Position numbers and translations under genes: made by a program. DNA of 64,000 nt, from the NCBI GenBank assembly GCA_010093815.1, contig ML996565.1. One strand, 5' to 3'. Below are positions 36,510 to 48,128 of this stretch, one piece after another (position 1 is the stretch's first letter; every line of letters starts with the position of its first letter). Under the pieces are notes generated by a model. That model did not search any database. It worked only from the letters and a program-made list of their open reading frames with translations, and was not told the DNA's origin. The DNA comes from Pseudovirgaria hyperparasitica (Eukaryota).

Positions 36510-37355
36510 GCAGGGTACAGACAGACGTCGGCGGCGGAGGGCATGGATAGTAGCATTGAACAAGTCATGGAAGGACTCTCGAAACAAGCGTGCGCGCTCA
36601 AATGCGAGTGTCCGGTGATGGACAGCAACAGCAGCATCGAGGAAGTCAGAAAGATCAGCGGAATGTGGCAGAGTGGCAATCTCACACCGATGGAGCAGTT
36701 CATGGTGGTCAGTCCAATCAGCGATGCTCAGACATGGATGGCCAAGCAGTCGCTGGAGAGGAGCGATGTCGCGGCCGGAGAGCTGGATGCGAGAGTGGTT
36801 GCGGAACGTCAACTGTCGGTGAAACAGTGTTGTGGTGAAGAGGAGAGGAGAGGAGTGAATTGACAGGTCAGGTGGATGGATTGGAGGAGTGTGCTGAGGG
36901 GGGTGATGAGGCTTGAGGGGTGTTGAGGGGTGGTTGTGCTGGATATGCAGGACAGGGCAGGACAGGGCAGGGCCAAGCAGGCACAGCAGCAGCCCAGTCA
37001 GCCAGTGAGGCAACAGGAGTGTGTGTATATACAGGCAGTCCTACAATGGAACCAATTGATGCCAAATAGATGCAGGATAATTAAGTAGATGCAGAATGGA
37101 TGCAGACGAGGAGGGCGTGGGCGTAGTAGACTGTGGACGTGAGGATGTGATGGATATGCTCGTGCCGCCCTGTCTCTCGCGTGTCTCTCGTGCGTCTTGT
37201 GCCTCTTGTGCCTCTCTCTCTCCCTCTCACTGCGGGTCTACGATGTACTACCATGGTGCCAAGTAATACGGCGGCAGATCTACTAGACTAGGGCCGACCA
37301 TGCTACCATCCATCTCACATCTCACATCTCACTTGCATCACCCTCCTATATAACG

Positions 37356-37397
<42 letters not shown>
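37356..37397. repeat. (ACT)14 microsatellite
   Basis: Read directly. Confidence 0.95.
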
Positions 37398-37398
<1 letters not shown>

Positions 37399-37521
37399 TA
37401 CTACTGTAATAATACTGGACCTAGCACAAGGGGCGGGCGTCTGCTTAGTCTTTGCGCCATCAAACCAATCTCACGATAATACATCCGTCTGCCGTCCAGC
37501 GATGGTCAGTCGTTGATGATA

Positions 37522-37549
37522 AGTGAGTGAGTGAGTGAGTGAGTGAGTG
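37522..37549. repeat. (AGTG)7 microsatellite
   Basis: Read directly. Confidence 0.9.
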
Positions 37550-38313
37550 CCTCCCCCGCTGACGTCGCTGCCCCGCTGGCTGCTGGCTGATGGCTGATGG
37601 CTCCTCTATCGGCTTCTCCGTCGTCATGAACAACGGCGTTTTAGGAGTGTGAAGCTTTTATCTGCACATCTATCCTACTGTGTTTATCTGTCTGCCTGCT
37701 TATAGTTGGTGTCATTGTTGGAGGTGCGTCGAGCACAATGCATGCTACCACTCTCTTCTCTCGCCTGGTGGGAATGAAGAAGCAACATCACGAGAGTCAC
37801 ACAGAGAATGGATTGATGGATCTGATGGGAAGTCGCTTGACTGTTCTACCCGAGTGTGTCGTGACCTTTTTCCTCCTCCCGACAATGCACTGCACTGACT
37901 TCCATCCATTACCATCCATACTTACATACATCCCTCCATCCATTCATCAATAATTCCATTCACCGCCTACTGCTACTGCTGCTGCTGCTGATCCCACCGT
38001 GTCTTGCTCTCTCCTTCTTCCAGCTTCGACGCTGCTTCTGTTGTTTGCTGCCTCTGTCATTCATTCCTCCTTTACACACCCTTCACTCACTCCCTCCACC
38101 TCCACCTCTCCTCTCCATCTTTCTTCATTCCACTCACTCCTATTCACCCAATACTCCACTCTTCCCTGCCCCGGCTGATTCATTCACTCCACTCACTCAT
38201 ACACGCCGCACTATATACCTATCCTCATATCCCGTCAACAGGCCCTCCCTTGCTACCTAACCACCACCTCTTTGCTGAAAATCAATTCATTTCCCTCAGT
38301 AATTACACATAGC

Positions 38314-40855
38314 ATGGGCTCGCGACTCCAGCGCTCCTCGACAAACGAGCACAGAGATCCTCTCGCTGCTGCACACATTTACTACGGTGACTCTCACAAG
38401 AAGGCTTCCCGCGTTCGGACCTGGTCCACGGTAAGACACTCCACCACTCATATCTGCTCTCTCTTCCTGGAGCTCTCTCTACACCTCTCGAGCCCTCTCC
38501 CTCTCTCCCAACAAATCACATCGGGCACTAATCTGGTTACACAGCAAGTTGGCTCTGCAGCCACCACGACGAATACTGGCGCGAAGCTCCCCACGAGGCG
38601 TTCTAGCCACGGTACCGCTTCCTCTCTCTCTCTCTCTTTCGCTCTCCTCCCCCCCCCCCAACCCTCCAATCCCATCACCCCATGCAAACCGCTAACTGAT
38701 CATCCCACCACACCACAGACGAACAAACCCTCCAACCACGCAGATTCCTCGTCGACGTCAACAAGACCCTGACCTCTCTCCTGTCGCGCGAAGACACTGA
38801 CGGCAATTGCCAAATCACAATCGACGATGATGGTCCCAAAGTACGTTGAATATTAATTACTTGCCACACAAAGAGCTCTCAGCATGTCTCTGACACGGCC
38901 CAATCAATAGGTCTTCTCGCTCGGCACCGCTGCCTCGAATGGCATCAACAAGGCTGACATACGCGGCACCTATATGCTGTCCAACCTGCTGCAAGAACTC
39001 ACCCTGGCTCAAGACTACGGTCGCAACGTCATCTACTTGGACGAGGCGCGGCTGAACGAAAATCCCGTCAATCGCCTGGAGCGCCTCATTCGCGACCATT
39101 TCTGGGACGGTCTCACGCGTCGCATTGATGGCTCCAATATTGCAAAAGTTGGCCGTGATCCAAAGGACTGGACCTCGGATCCAAGACCGCGCATCTACGT
39201 CCCGAGAGGTGCGCCCGAGCAGTACGACTACTATACCCGCATCGCAAAAGAGAGTCCAGACATGCGCCTGGATGTGCAGTGGCTGAATGAGGAGTGCGAT
39301 GATCCGGCCTACGTTCGGGACTTGAATGCCGCACCTGGCCTGCTTGCCGTCGCCATGGAAGAATACGTCGATCCCAAGACTGGCAATACCGACCTGCGTG
39401 GCCTGCCATTCGTTGTACCGGGTGGCAGATTCAACGAGCTGTACGGATGGGACAGCTACATGGAGTCTCTCGGCTTGCTCATCAACGGTCGTGTCGACCT
39501 GGTCAAGTCAATGGTCCAGCATTTCTGCTTTTGCATCAAGCATTATGGAAAGATTCTAAACGCCAACCGCACCTACTACCTGTGCCGGACACAGCCCCCG
39601 TTCTTGAGTGATATGGCTCTGCGTGTCTATGACCGGATCAAGTTTGAGCCCGGAGCCTTGGACTTTCTGCGACAGGCCATCCTCGCCGCAATCAAGGAAT
39701 ACCACAACATTTGGATGAGCGAGCCTCGCTACGACCCCGAGTCTGGCCTGACCAGGTACCGACCAGGCGGCATCGGTGTCCCCCCGGAGACTGAGGCTTC
39801 CCACTTTGTGCATGTCCTCGATCCCTACGCCAAGAAGCACGGCATGACCTTTGAGAGCTTTGTCCAGGCCTACAACAGCGGCGAAATCAAGGAACCCGTC
39901 TTGGACGACTACTTTCTCCATGATCGTGCCGTCCGGGAATCGGGACATGATACCTCGTACCGACTCGAGAGAATCGCCGCAAGCCTCGCCACCGTCGACT
40001 TGAATGCCCTGCTCTACAAGTATGAGCAGGACATTGCTCGCACTATTCGTGGCCACTTTGGCGACAGCCTCGTCATTCCAGCAGAGTTTTGCACAAAAGG
40101 TCAGGTCCCGGGGCATGTGGAGAGCTCGGCAGTCTGGGACCGCCGCTCGAAGAGGAGACGCGCCCTGATGGACAAGTACATGTGGGACGAGGAGCAGGGC
40201 ATGTACTTTGACTACAACACCGTCACTAAGAAGCACACCGGCTACGAGAGCGCTACCACTTTCTGGCCCATGTGGTCCGGTGTCGCAACTCCCCGCCAGG
40301 CTGCCATCCTCGTGGCCAAGGCCTTGCCCAAGTTTGAAGCCTTTGGTGGCCTCGTCTCTGGAACGGAAAAGTCGCGCGGTCCGGTGGGGCTTGAGCGGCC
40401 AAACCGGCAGTGGGACTATCCCTTTGGCTGGGCGCCCCAGCAGATTCTTGCCTGGGTCGGGCTGCAGCGTTACGGGTACGAAGCAGAGGCTCAGCGACTG
40501 GCCTACCGGTGGATATACATGATTTGCAAAGCCTTTGTCGACTTTAACGGCGTCGTCGTCGAAAAGTACGACGTCACTCGTCCCATTGACCCGCACAAGG
40601 TCGAGGCCGAATATGGCAATCAAGGGAGTGACTTTAAGGGTGTGCCGCGTGAGGGGTGAGTTTCTTGCTGTCCTTTTTTGCTTTTGGGAATTTGATGTGT
40701 GTGACTTGGGTCTCTAACGCGGTAGCAGATTCGGCTGGGTTAATGCAAGTTATATATACGGATTGACACTGATCAATGCTCATCAAAAGCGTGCTTTGGG
40801 CGCACTCACGACCTACGACACCTTTCTCAAGGCTACGGAAGCCCTGGGTCTTTGA
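38314..40855 (+). CDS. NTH1: Neutral trehalase (GH37)
   Basis: RRSSHD PKA-type site; [16 protein letters not shown]a-binding motif; [38 protein letters not shown] and EGFGWVN. Introns 38431-38544, 38612-38718, 38841-38910 and 40656-40728. Confidence 0.96.
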
Positions 40856-41648
40856 CCTGCTGGCATCAAAATATGACTGCACGACGAGGGGGGACATGCA
40901 CCAAGTGCTGTCAATGTGTGAGGGGACATGCACACCCAAGTGGCTGTCAATATGGTGGTTTTTGTTTTGGCTCCCAGTAGCTCATCATGGAACGGCGTTT
41001 TCAAAGGGGTGCATGTTTGTTCTTCCCCGACTAATTATGCCCAAAAGACTTTATGATTGTAATGGGTATTAGAGCGCGTCTGGGTGGTACTAATGACCTG
41101 TCTTGTCACAAAGCATGCACTACGGAGTTTCTGAGGGGTTGTCTGGAGCATAGATGGCATAATTGATTGACCAGTAAACTATAATCTTCATCTGGCGTGC
41201 TTGCAGTGCTGTCTTCAGGCGAGATCAAACTGTGAGGTTAATGGACGGACTTAATTACAGAAGGCGAAGAAGACTCCAGAAGGAAACCTACATGTCCACG
41301 GATCGCGCTTGCCCGAAACGGGGCTAGCGCGAAGTGGGAGGCGGTGACATGTTGCTTTCGAACCTCGCCTCGATCTTAGTCCCAGTCATCACTGTCTTCA
41401 CTTACACACCCATAGCCAAAACATTCGTATAAAAAGCTTCTGTTCTCGTCCTCCATCCAACTGACAAAGAAACTTCCCTCACTTTTCTGAACTCGACTCT
41501 CTACATCCTCCTCCTCATCCTTCATACTCGGGACCCTCCTCTCTTGGACTGGACCCTCCTCCCGCCGACGTCATCCCACTTTTGAACAACTCAACCCCAA
41601 CTCACTCCACGTACGACAGACACCACACACACGACCACCACGAACAAC

Positions 41649-42201
41649 ATGTCTGACGACTGGGACTCCGTCACCAAGATCGGCAGCCGCACGCGTGGCC
41701 CCGGTGCCGCACAGCGCGAGACTGTCGTCCGCGGCCAGAGCGCGCTCAACGCCGCGAAGCGGAGCGGTGCCGTCGTGGCTACGGAGAAGAAGTTTGCTGC
41801 TGGGAATGCCGTATGTCCTTCCTCCCCGCCTCAACCCCAAATCTTCCACTTTCTACATATTCAGTCACTAACAAACAACACCACAACAGTCCGGCCACGT
41901 CGAAGGCCAACACCTCACCAAAGTCGACCGGTCAGACGACATTGTCAAGCCCAAGACGGTGGGCGTCAAGGTCGGCGACGCGATCAAGAAGGCCCGTGCC
42001 GAGGCCAAGAATGATAAAGGCGGCACCATGACGCAGAAGGATCTGGCGACAAAGTGTAATAGCACGCCGACGATTATCGCGGACTTTGAGCGTGGATCCG
42101 CCGCGCCCGATCAGAAGCTGCTGGGTAATATTGAGCGGGTACTGAATGTTGTGCTGCGCGGTGATAAGATTGGGCAGCCGAAGTTTCCGAATAAGAAGTA
42201 G
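41649..42201 (+). CDS. MBF1: Multiprotein-bridging factor 1
   Basis: [25 protein letters not shown] and HTH region [11 protein letters not shown]...[11 protein letters not shown]. Intron 41811-41889. Confidence 0.95.
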
Positions 42202-42557
42202 ATGACGGTGGTGCTGGTGGTTGGGGTGCTGGGTTTGAGCGGCATGAGCGGCGTGGATGGAGGGATGGGTGGATGGGGATGGGCTGGTATAGATGTATGC
42301 TGGTGCTGATGTAGATGGTATAGACTTTTCAGCTGGTATACCCCTCCCCCCCTCAGGGACTATCGTACCTCGCACATGTTTCAGTCCTCTTGCATGTGAA
42401 CTCCTGAAGCCGCTTGACTCCATGTCCCGGAGCACTGCTTTCCCTTTCCCAATTGAAGAATGCAGATATTCCGGACGATGGCCATGATCATGATTCTGCC
42501 TCTTTGAACTTTCTTAGAGGAAAAGTGAGAAGAAGGAAGTGTAGAATTACGCCCTGC

Positions 42558-42916
42558 CTAAAATTTGTAGAACCGTGAATAAAAAATAGCCTGTCCCTCC
42601 TCCTTCTGCTTATCGTTGGCCTTATTCTTATCCTCCTTCTTCTTACCCTCATCCTTACTCTATCCTTAATCTTATCCTCCTCCTTACCCTTCTCCTTCTT
42701 CTTATGCTTACCCTTACTCTTACCCTCCTTCTTCTCCTTCTCCTTCTTATTCTCCTTCTTCTTCTTCTTCTTCTCCTTCTCCTTCTCCTTCTCCTTCTCC
42801 TTCTCCTCCTACTTCTTATTCTTATCCTTAGCTATATTATTTCCCTTATTCTTCTTATTATTCTCCTTCTTATCCTTATTCTTATTCTAATTCTTACCCT
42901 TTCCCTTACCGTCCAT
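42558..42916 (-). pseudogene. Decayed Lys/Glu-rich reading frame (RIP-like)
   Basis: From ATG 42916 it reads MDGKGKGKN*NKNKDKKE...KK*EEKEKEK... There are in-frame TAG stops at 42889 and 42811 and a 1-nt frameshift near 42660. Confidence 0.45.
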
Positions 42917-42929
42917 TATCTTAGAATAT

Positions 42930-43460
42930 TTAAAAAAAAAGGGGATGTAAAAAAAGGGGATTTAAAAACGGGGGTTTAAAAAAGGGGATATATAAAGGGA
43001 GGATATATAAAGAGGGGATTTAAAAAAGGGTGATTTAGAAAAGGTATTCTAGAAAAGGAGGGTCAGAAGAGGGAACTTATAAAGAGGGGGTCTTAAGAAA
43101 GAGGGGTTAATAAGAGGGGCTTTTAGAAAGGGGGGTTTCGAACGGGGTTTTAGAAAGGGGGTTTAAAGAAGAGAATATATAAAGGGGGTTTAAGAAAGGG
43201 GGATATAAAAGGGAGGGAGAATAGAAAATAGAGATTATAGTCTAGAAGAGAGAGATAGAGAGGGAGATTAGAGAGGGATAGAGATAGAGATAGAGAGGGA
43301 GATAGAGAGGGAGAGGGAGATAGAGAGGGAGAGGGAGAGGGAGATTAGAGGGGATCAGGGGTAGTATCATATAGTATAGACCTATACATCTATTTAGAGT
43401 ATTTAAATACTAGGTTAATAAAGAAGAGTAAAGTAGTAAAAGAGCTATAAGGAGAAGGAA
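42930..43460. repeat. Purine-rich low-complexity tract (A-run/G-run units, then GA-rich repeats)
   Basis: Repeated AAAAAGGGG(A/T)T units followed by AGAGAGGGAGAT-like units. Very few C. Confidence 0.8.
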
Positions 43461-44464
43461 GACTCCCTAGCCCGTATCCGTTGGGAATAAACTTTGACCG
43501 TGCGAGCGTAGAAGGCCTTTCAGTCGGTTTTTTTTTTGGTTTCTTTTTTTTTAGAAAAAAAAATTAAAGATGGGTGTATGCTGATATACGGGGCAGAATC
43601 GACGAAGACATCAGTCAGTCTAGGATGGACTTGGTAGGATGGTTGGTCGGGTTGTCAACTCGATTGGATTCCAACTCGGTGTTTCGGATTCGGACTTGTG
43701 AGGGTTTGCTTCATCCCTGTTCGAGTAGATGTTTCTAGATGTGGCAAGGATTATTCGTTCGCTGTGGCTAATGTGATTCCAAGGGAGGATGTGAGTTTAG
43801 GGGTAGTGTAGGTATGACTTTACCCTAGATGTACACTGCATACTAATCTTTCCAGACTCGACCATCTATCGTAGATAGCATCAAGAGCTTCGACAGGGTG
43901 GAGAGCAGACAAAGATACGTGCTCGTGAGCCATACGAGAATCAAGGCGTAGGTTCAAAACAATGTGCAAGATCAATCCGCCGGATTACACAACACCAGAA
44001 AGTAGGCAGAAGGACAACCAACATACAAGCCCAAGGATGCAGATATCAAGTCTACCACCGACATCCGCCAGCCCAACGCCCAGATTCCCAGAACAACAAG
44101 CAGGAATCCCAACCTAACAAGACACACAACGCCCAAACAACCAAGCGGAACGAGGCCAACAGCCCACATTCCAGCCCAAAACAGGCTTCTCTCACTCACA
44201 GACCACGTGGCGGCACGACCAGAAAACAATGCGAACAGCGTGTATAAACAGTGAAGAGACCCTTTCCAATGCACTGTTTAGGTAGCAACAGAAACACAAT
44301 GAGGAATCTCCTGTTAACTCCAACAACACGCCGCACGCACTCGGAAGTTGAGGGTCGTGACGCACGATTAGGTATATATTGAGTTTGGACCTACTCTTGT
44401 TCTCTAGATCTGGATCTGGATCTGTCACACACCGCGTTATTTTACCTCGAGTAGTAGCCAAGAT

Positions 44465-45471
44465 ATGGCTCCTCGAGTAGCCCACAAGGTATGTCCATAT
44501 CGACATATACCCAGAAGTGAGATGGGAGAGCTGACAGTCGTGTCGTATAGAAATCGCTGTCGAGCAAGCGCAGCTGGAGCACTCCGTTCAAGAAGACTGG
44601 GAGGGTCGAGAAGGTCAAGAAGGTCATGAAAGCCAAGAAGGTCAAGAGAGTCAAGAAAGTCAAGAAGGTCAAGAAGGTCAAGAAGGTCAAGAAGGTCAAG
44701 AAGGTCGAAGAAGCCGAGAAGAGCGAGGGACCGTCGGGCGATGTTAGCGAACTGCCTTCCGGAGACGATGCGAGCCCGAAGAAGCCTTTTGGGTTCTTGG
44801 ATTTTAGTGGGGAGATCCGGAACCAGATATACGAAGATGTTCTGCGGCGTCACATCCCTGTCCGAATCAGCGTATATAAAGATCGTGTATATACATGGTC
44901 CCCACTTGACGTCGCAATTCTCCGTACGAACCACCAAATCCACAAAGAGGCGCAGCCGATGCTCTACACCTGCAACCTTTTCTATTTATATGATAAGGAT
45001 GCGATTGACTGGTTCGTCAAAAGGGTCACCAGTTTACATATCCGCAAGATTCAGATCAGCTTTGGCAGCTGGCAGTACTTTCTTGATCTAGTGCCAAGCC
45101 GTTTTACGAAACTGGAGTCACTTTGGCTTGATATAGAAAGAATCAATCCTATACCGGCCGGGCCGCCGCTCTGGTGGCTCACGCCTGTACACACCGCCCT
45201 TCAGAATATAGCAAACGTGAAGGAGGTCATCGTCACCATGTATCAATTCAATGAACGCAGCCTCGTCGTTCCGAGAAATGCGAATATTATCGACGCCGCA
45301 CGCAGTCTTGGCTGGAAGTTTTTTGTCTATGTCCCTTACCCAGAGCTTGTGCTGAAAATGAAATCAGTCCGTGAAGATTGGGAACCGTTATTACCATCGG
45401 TCGATCAAAAATTCCCCCCCTGGATGTCGAGAGCAGATCATGATAGATGGGATCTATCAGAAAGGCCGTAG
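44465..45471 (+). CDS. F-box-like hypothetical protein with basic KKV-repeat N-terminus
   Basis: Exon 44465-44488 plus intron 44489-44550 (GTATGT..GCTGAC..TAG) is in frame with ORF 44626. FLDFSGEIRNQIYEDVL...ILRTNHQIHKEAQPMLYTCNLF is a pattern common in fungal F-box-like proteins. Confidence 0.7.
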
Positions 45472-46055
45472 AATAAACGCAGATACACTTTCTACAGCGA
45501 CACTTTCTATAGAGCTTGCTTTGACAAGCAGGGAGTCACAATGTTGAATATAGGAACGATCCAAAGTACTCTACCTCATTTAACGTTGACCTGCGTATAT
45601 TGCTTCGGTGCCTTCGTGTCTTCGACATGTTCATCCTTTTCCATAAATTCTTCGACTGGGGTTAGCCAGGGGCTTCGGCAGAGGCTTGGAGTAAGCTCTT
45701 CCAAACTATGCTGTGTCCGAAGATAGTGTTAGCAGCAAGACCTTGGGTACTCCGTCCGTTTCTACAGGTCTTTAATGGAGCGCGAGGATGATGACCAAGT
45801 TCGAGGTTATGAGATTGCGCTCGTCGCCGAAGGCCGAAGCCGGACCGGGCAGCCAGCTGCCATACCACTACCACTCTGCTCCGGTGCACGGACCCGAAGG
45901 TGTGGATATGTCAAGCAAGCTGATAGCCCATTCTAGTTGAGCTTCAAACACGTTACGTCTGTTCATTTTCTTACACTGCTGTTCTTTGATGTAGGCAACA
46001 TTGGACTACTCTTACTCGATCCCATACTCGATCCCACCGCACCATCACAAGGGTT

Positions 46056-46607
46056 ATGAGCGAAGCTCCTGCCAGCATTGCGACACCTTCAGATCGAATT
46101 CAAGCCTTGACCAGACACCTTTCTCATTCGCAGTCTCAGCATAACAATCCACTCGACAGCCCGAGCGAACAAACAACATCATCGACCCCTCCATCCTCCT
46201 CAGAAGCTACAATGGCCACTGCGAGACCCCCAATCACTTGTCACGTCCTCGACACCACGACGGGCCGTCCTGGCGCAGGCATCGAAGTCACCCTCACCTG
46301 CCACTCCCCACAGGCCGCCGTGTCAGGCATATTCAGCGCAACGACAAACTCAGACGGCCGCGTAACCGCGTGGACGCAGACGCCCGCCCAATCACCGCCG
46401 GTCGAGCTACAAGAGATCTACGAGCGCGTGCCGGAAGACACGCTGTGGACGTTGACATTCACGACGGGGCCGTACTATGCGCAGAAAGGCATCAAGCCGT
46501 TCTTCCCGGAGGTGGACTTGAAGTTCATGGTCAGGAAGAAAGCGGAGCATTATCATGTCCCGTTGCTGCTGGGCCCGTACAACTACACAACCTATCGAGG
46601 ATCGTGA
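46056..46607 (+). CDS. 5-hydroxyisourate hydrolase (transthyretin-like), with optional PTS2-bearing N-terminal extension
   Basis: ITCHVLDTTTGRPG, TNSDGR, FFPEV and the HYHVPLLLGPYNYTTYRGS signature. Second in-frame ATG at 46212. Confidence 0.93.
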   Translation: MSEAPASIATPSDRIQALTRHLSHSQSQHNNPLDSPSEQTTSSTPPSSSEATMATARPPITCHVLDTTTGRPGAGIEVTLTCHSPQAAVSGIFSATTNSDGRVTAWTQTPAQSPPVELQEIYERVPEDTLWTLTFTTGPYYAQKGIKPFFPEVDLKFMVRKKAEHYHVPLLLGPYNYTTYRGS

Positions 46608-48128
46608 AGGGAAAAGGCAATAATAGCAGTCAGTTCTTCGCGGACGCACGGCTGGCGCGAAAAAAAAAAGGAAAGGACTCGATACACGTCACCATCGGTG
46701 CGTACAGTAGCAGCTGCATTTGGTGGTGGCAGGGAGGAGGGCGGGCTGGACGCAGACAACTGGGGTCTGAAAGCTAAACGGTCAGTTCGCCTCTTACTGT
46801 GCTGGGGATTGCTGTGGTGTGGTGGCCAATCATAGCATAGCAGGCCGTTATGAGGTGATGCGACATGGCAGACAAGTCCGAAATTGATGTGTGCAAGTGT
46901 GTATGTTGTGTGTGTACCATGTCGAGCATCAGGATGGCAAAGTACGATGCAATAACGAAGTGATCCTTGGAGATATCGAAGCCCGCATGGGATTCTCAGC
47001 CGGTTCCCAAAGGCCATCTTCGATCTAATGTTGTGATCACGATCTGCCGTACTTACCGAGATGTATGGACTTGTGTCTGGCGAGCGCACGTGACAGACGA
47101 AGTGAAAGTGGATTTCAAAGCCTGACCTCGAGCGACAGGATCTAAGTGTGTCCGAAACAAAGTCCAGTGATATGTGGAGGTGGGCTTATCCTGACCGATA
47201 GGCGCGTCGAATTTCTCCAATAAAATGATATTGTGGCGTGAATGTGGCACGCTAAGGGCGGGGTTAGGCCCAGCTAAGCAGGTCCGCGGATGCTGGCGAG
47301 CTTATCGGGAGGCGTCGGCTGGGATGAGACTGCCAGGGACACGCAAAAGCCACACTCACTGCGGTGCGCGTAAGACATACCTTAGCGAGCATTTCCCATT
47401 TCCTCTTTTTTTCCTGTGACGTACCCCAAGCACTCTCCTGCACTCTCACTTTCTCTTCCTCCTCCATCGTCATCGCGCGCCCAGTCTCGCTGCTCTCATA
47501 CTTTCACTCTCGCACTTGGGAAAAAAACTCCCCTCGACATCCTTTCCGACCCGTAAATCCACTCACTGCTGCCACTCGGCTGCTGTTCCCTACTAGGGCC
47601 CCAATCGATTCCTGCTTTCCCCTCCTCGTCGTCGCCGTTTGTCGAATAGCCAGTGCGCCGCCTCCCCTGATTGCGTCATCATCTCCTCTCCTTGCAGCCT
47701 CACGCTGGTTGTGCACAAGATATCATCGCACTGGCGTCGATATTCACTATAGTTGCTCTGGCCATCATCCATTGTGGTAGACTTTGCTGTACGGTATCCG
47801 CAGAGTAGCCGTATATCTTAGGTGTGAGTTGTTTACGGTCCTCGCTGCCGTTGGCCTACCATATACTTCATCCGTGCTTCCGCGCTACCACCACACCCAA
47901 ACACACACACATTCGCGTCGCATTTCATCTCGTCCATCCACTAATGTATACGTGTCGCAGTAGATTCCATAAATAAAGTCGTGTGCTTTGCAAAGTTGGA
48001 GCCCACAGACAGTTCTGTAGAGGGATAATTGAGCTGTCCGGAGGAGTGGAAAAGTCGGAGAAGCAACCCGATCGTGGAGAATCGAGTCTAAAGTCGATCA
48101 GCCCACACTCCGCATACGTCATCTCGAC

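Noticed and set aside
36201..37013. Poly-Q ORF (+, 220 aa) and poly-L / poly-C ORFs (-) across the CAG repeat
   Set aside because: They have non-ATG or weak starts and no recognisable domain. The homopolymer runs are just the microsatellite read in different frames.
42704..42979. Poly-Leu 'membrane protein' ORF on +
   Set aside because: It is the antisense shadow of the (AAG/GAG)-periodic tract.
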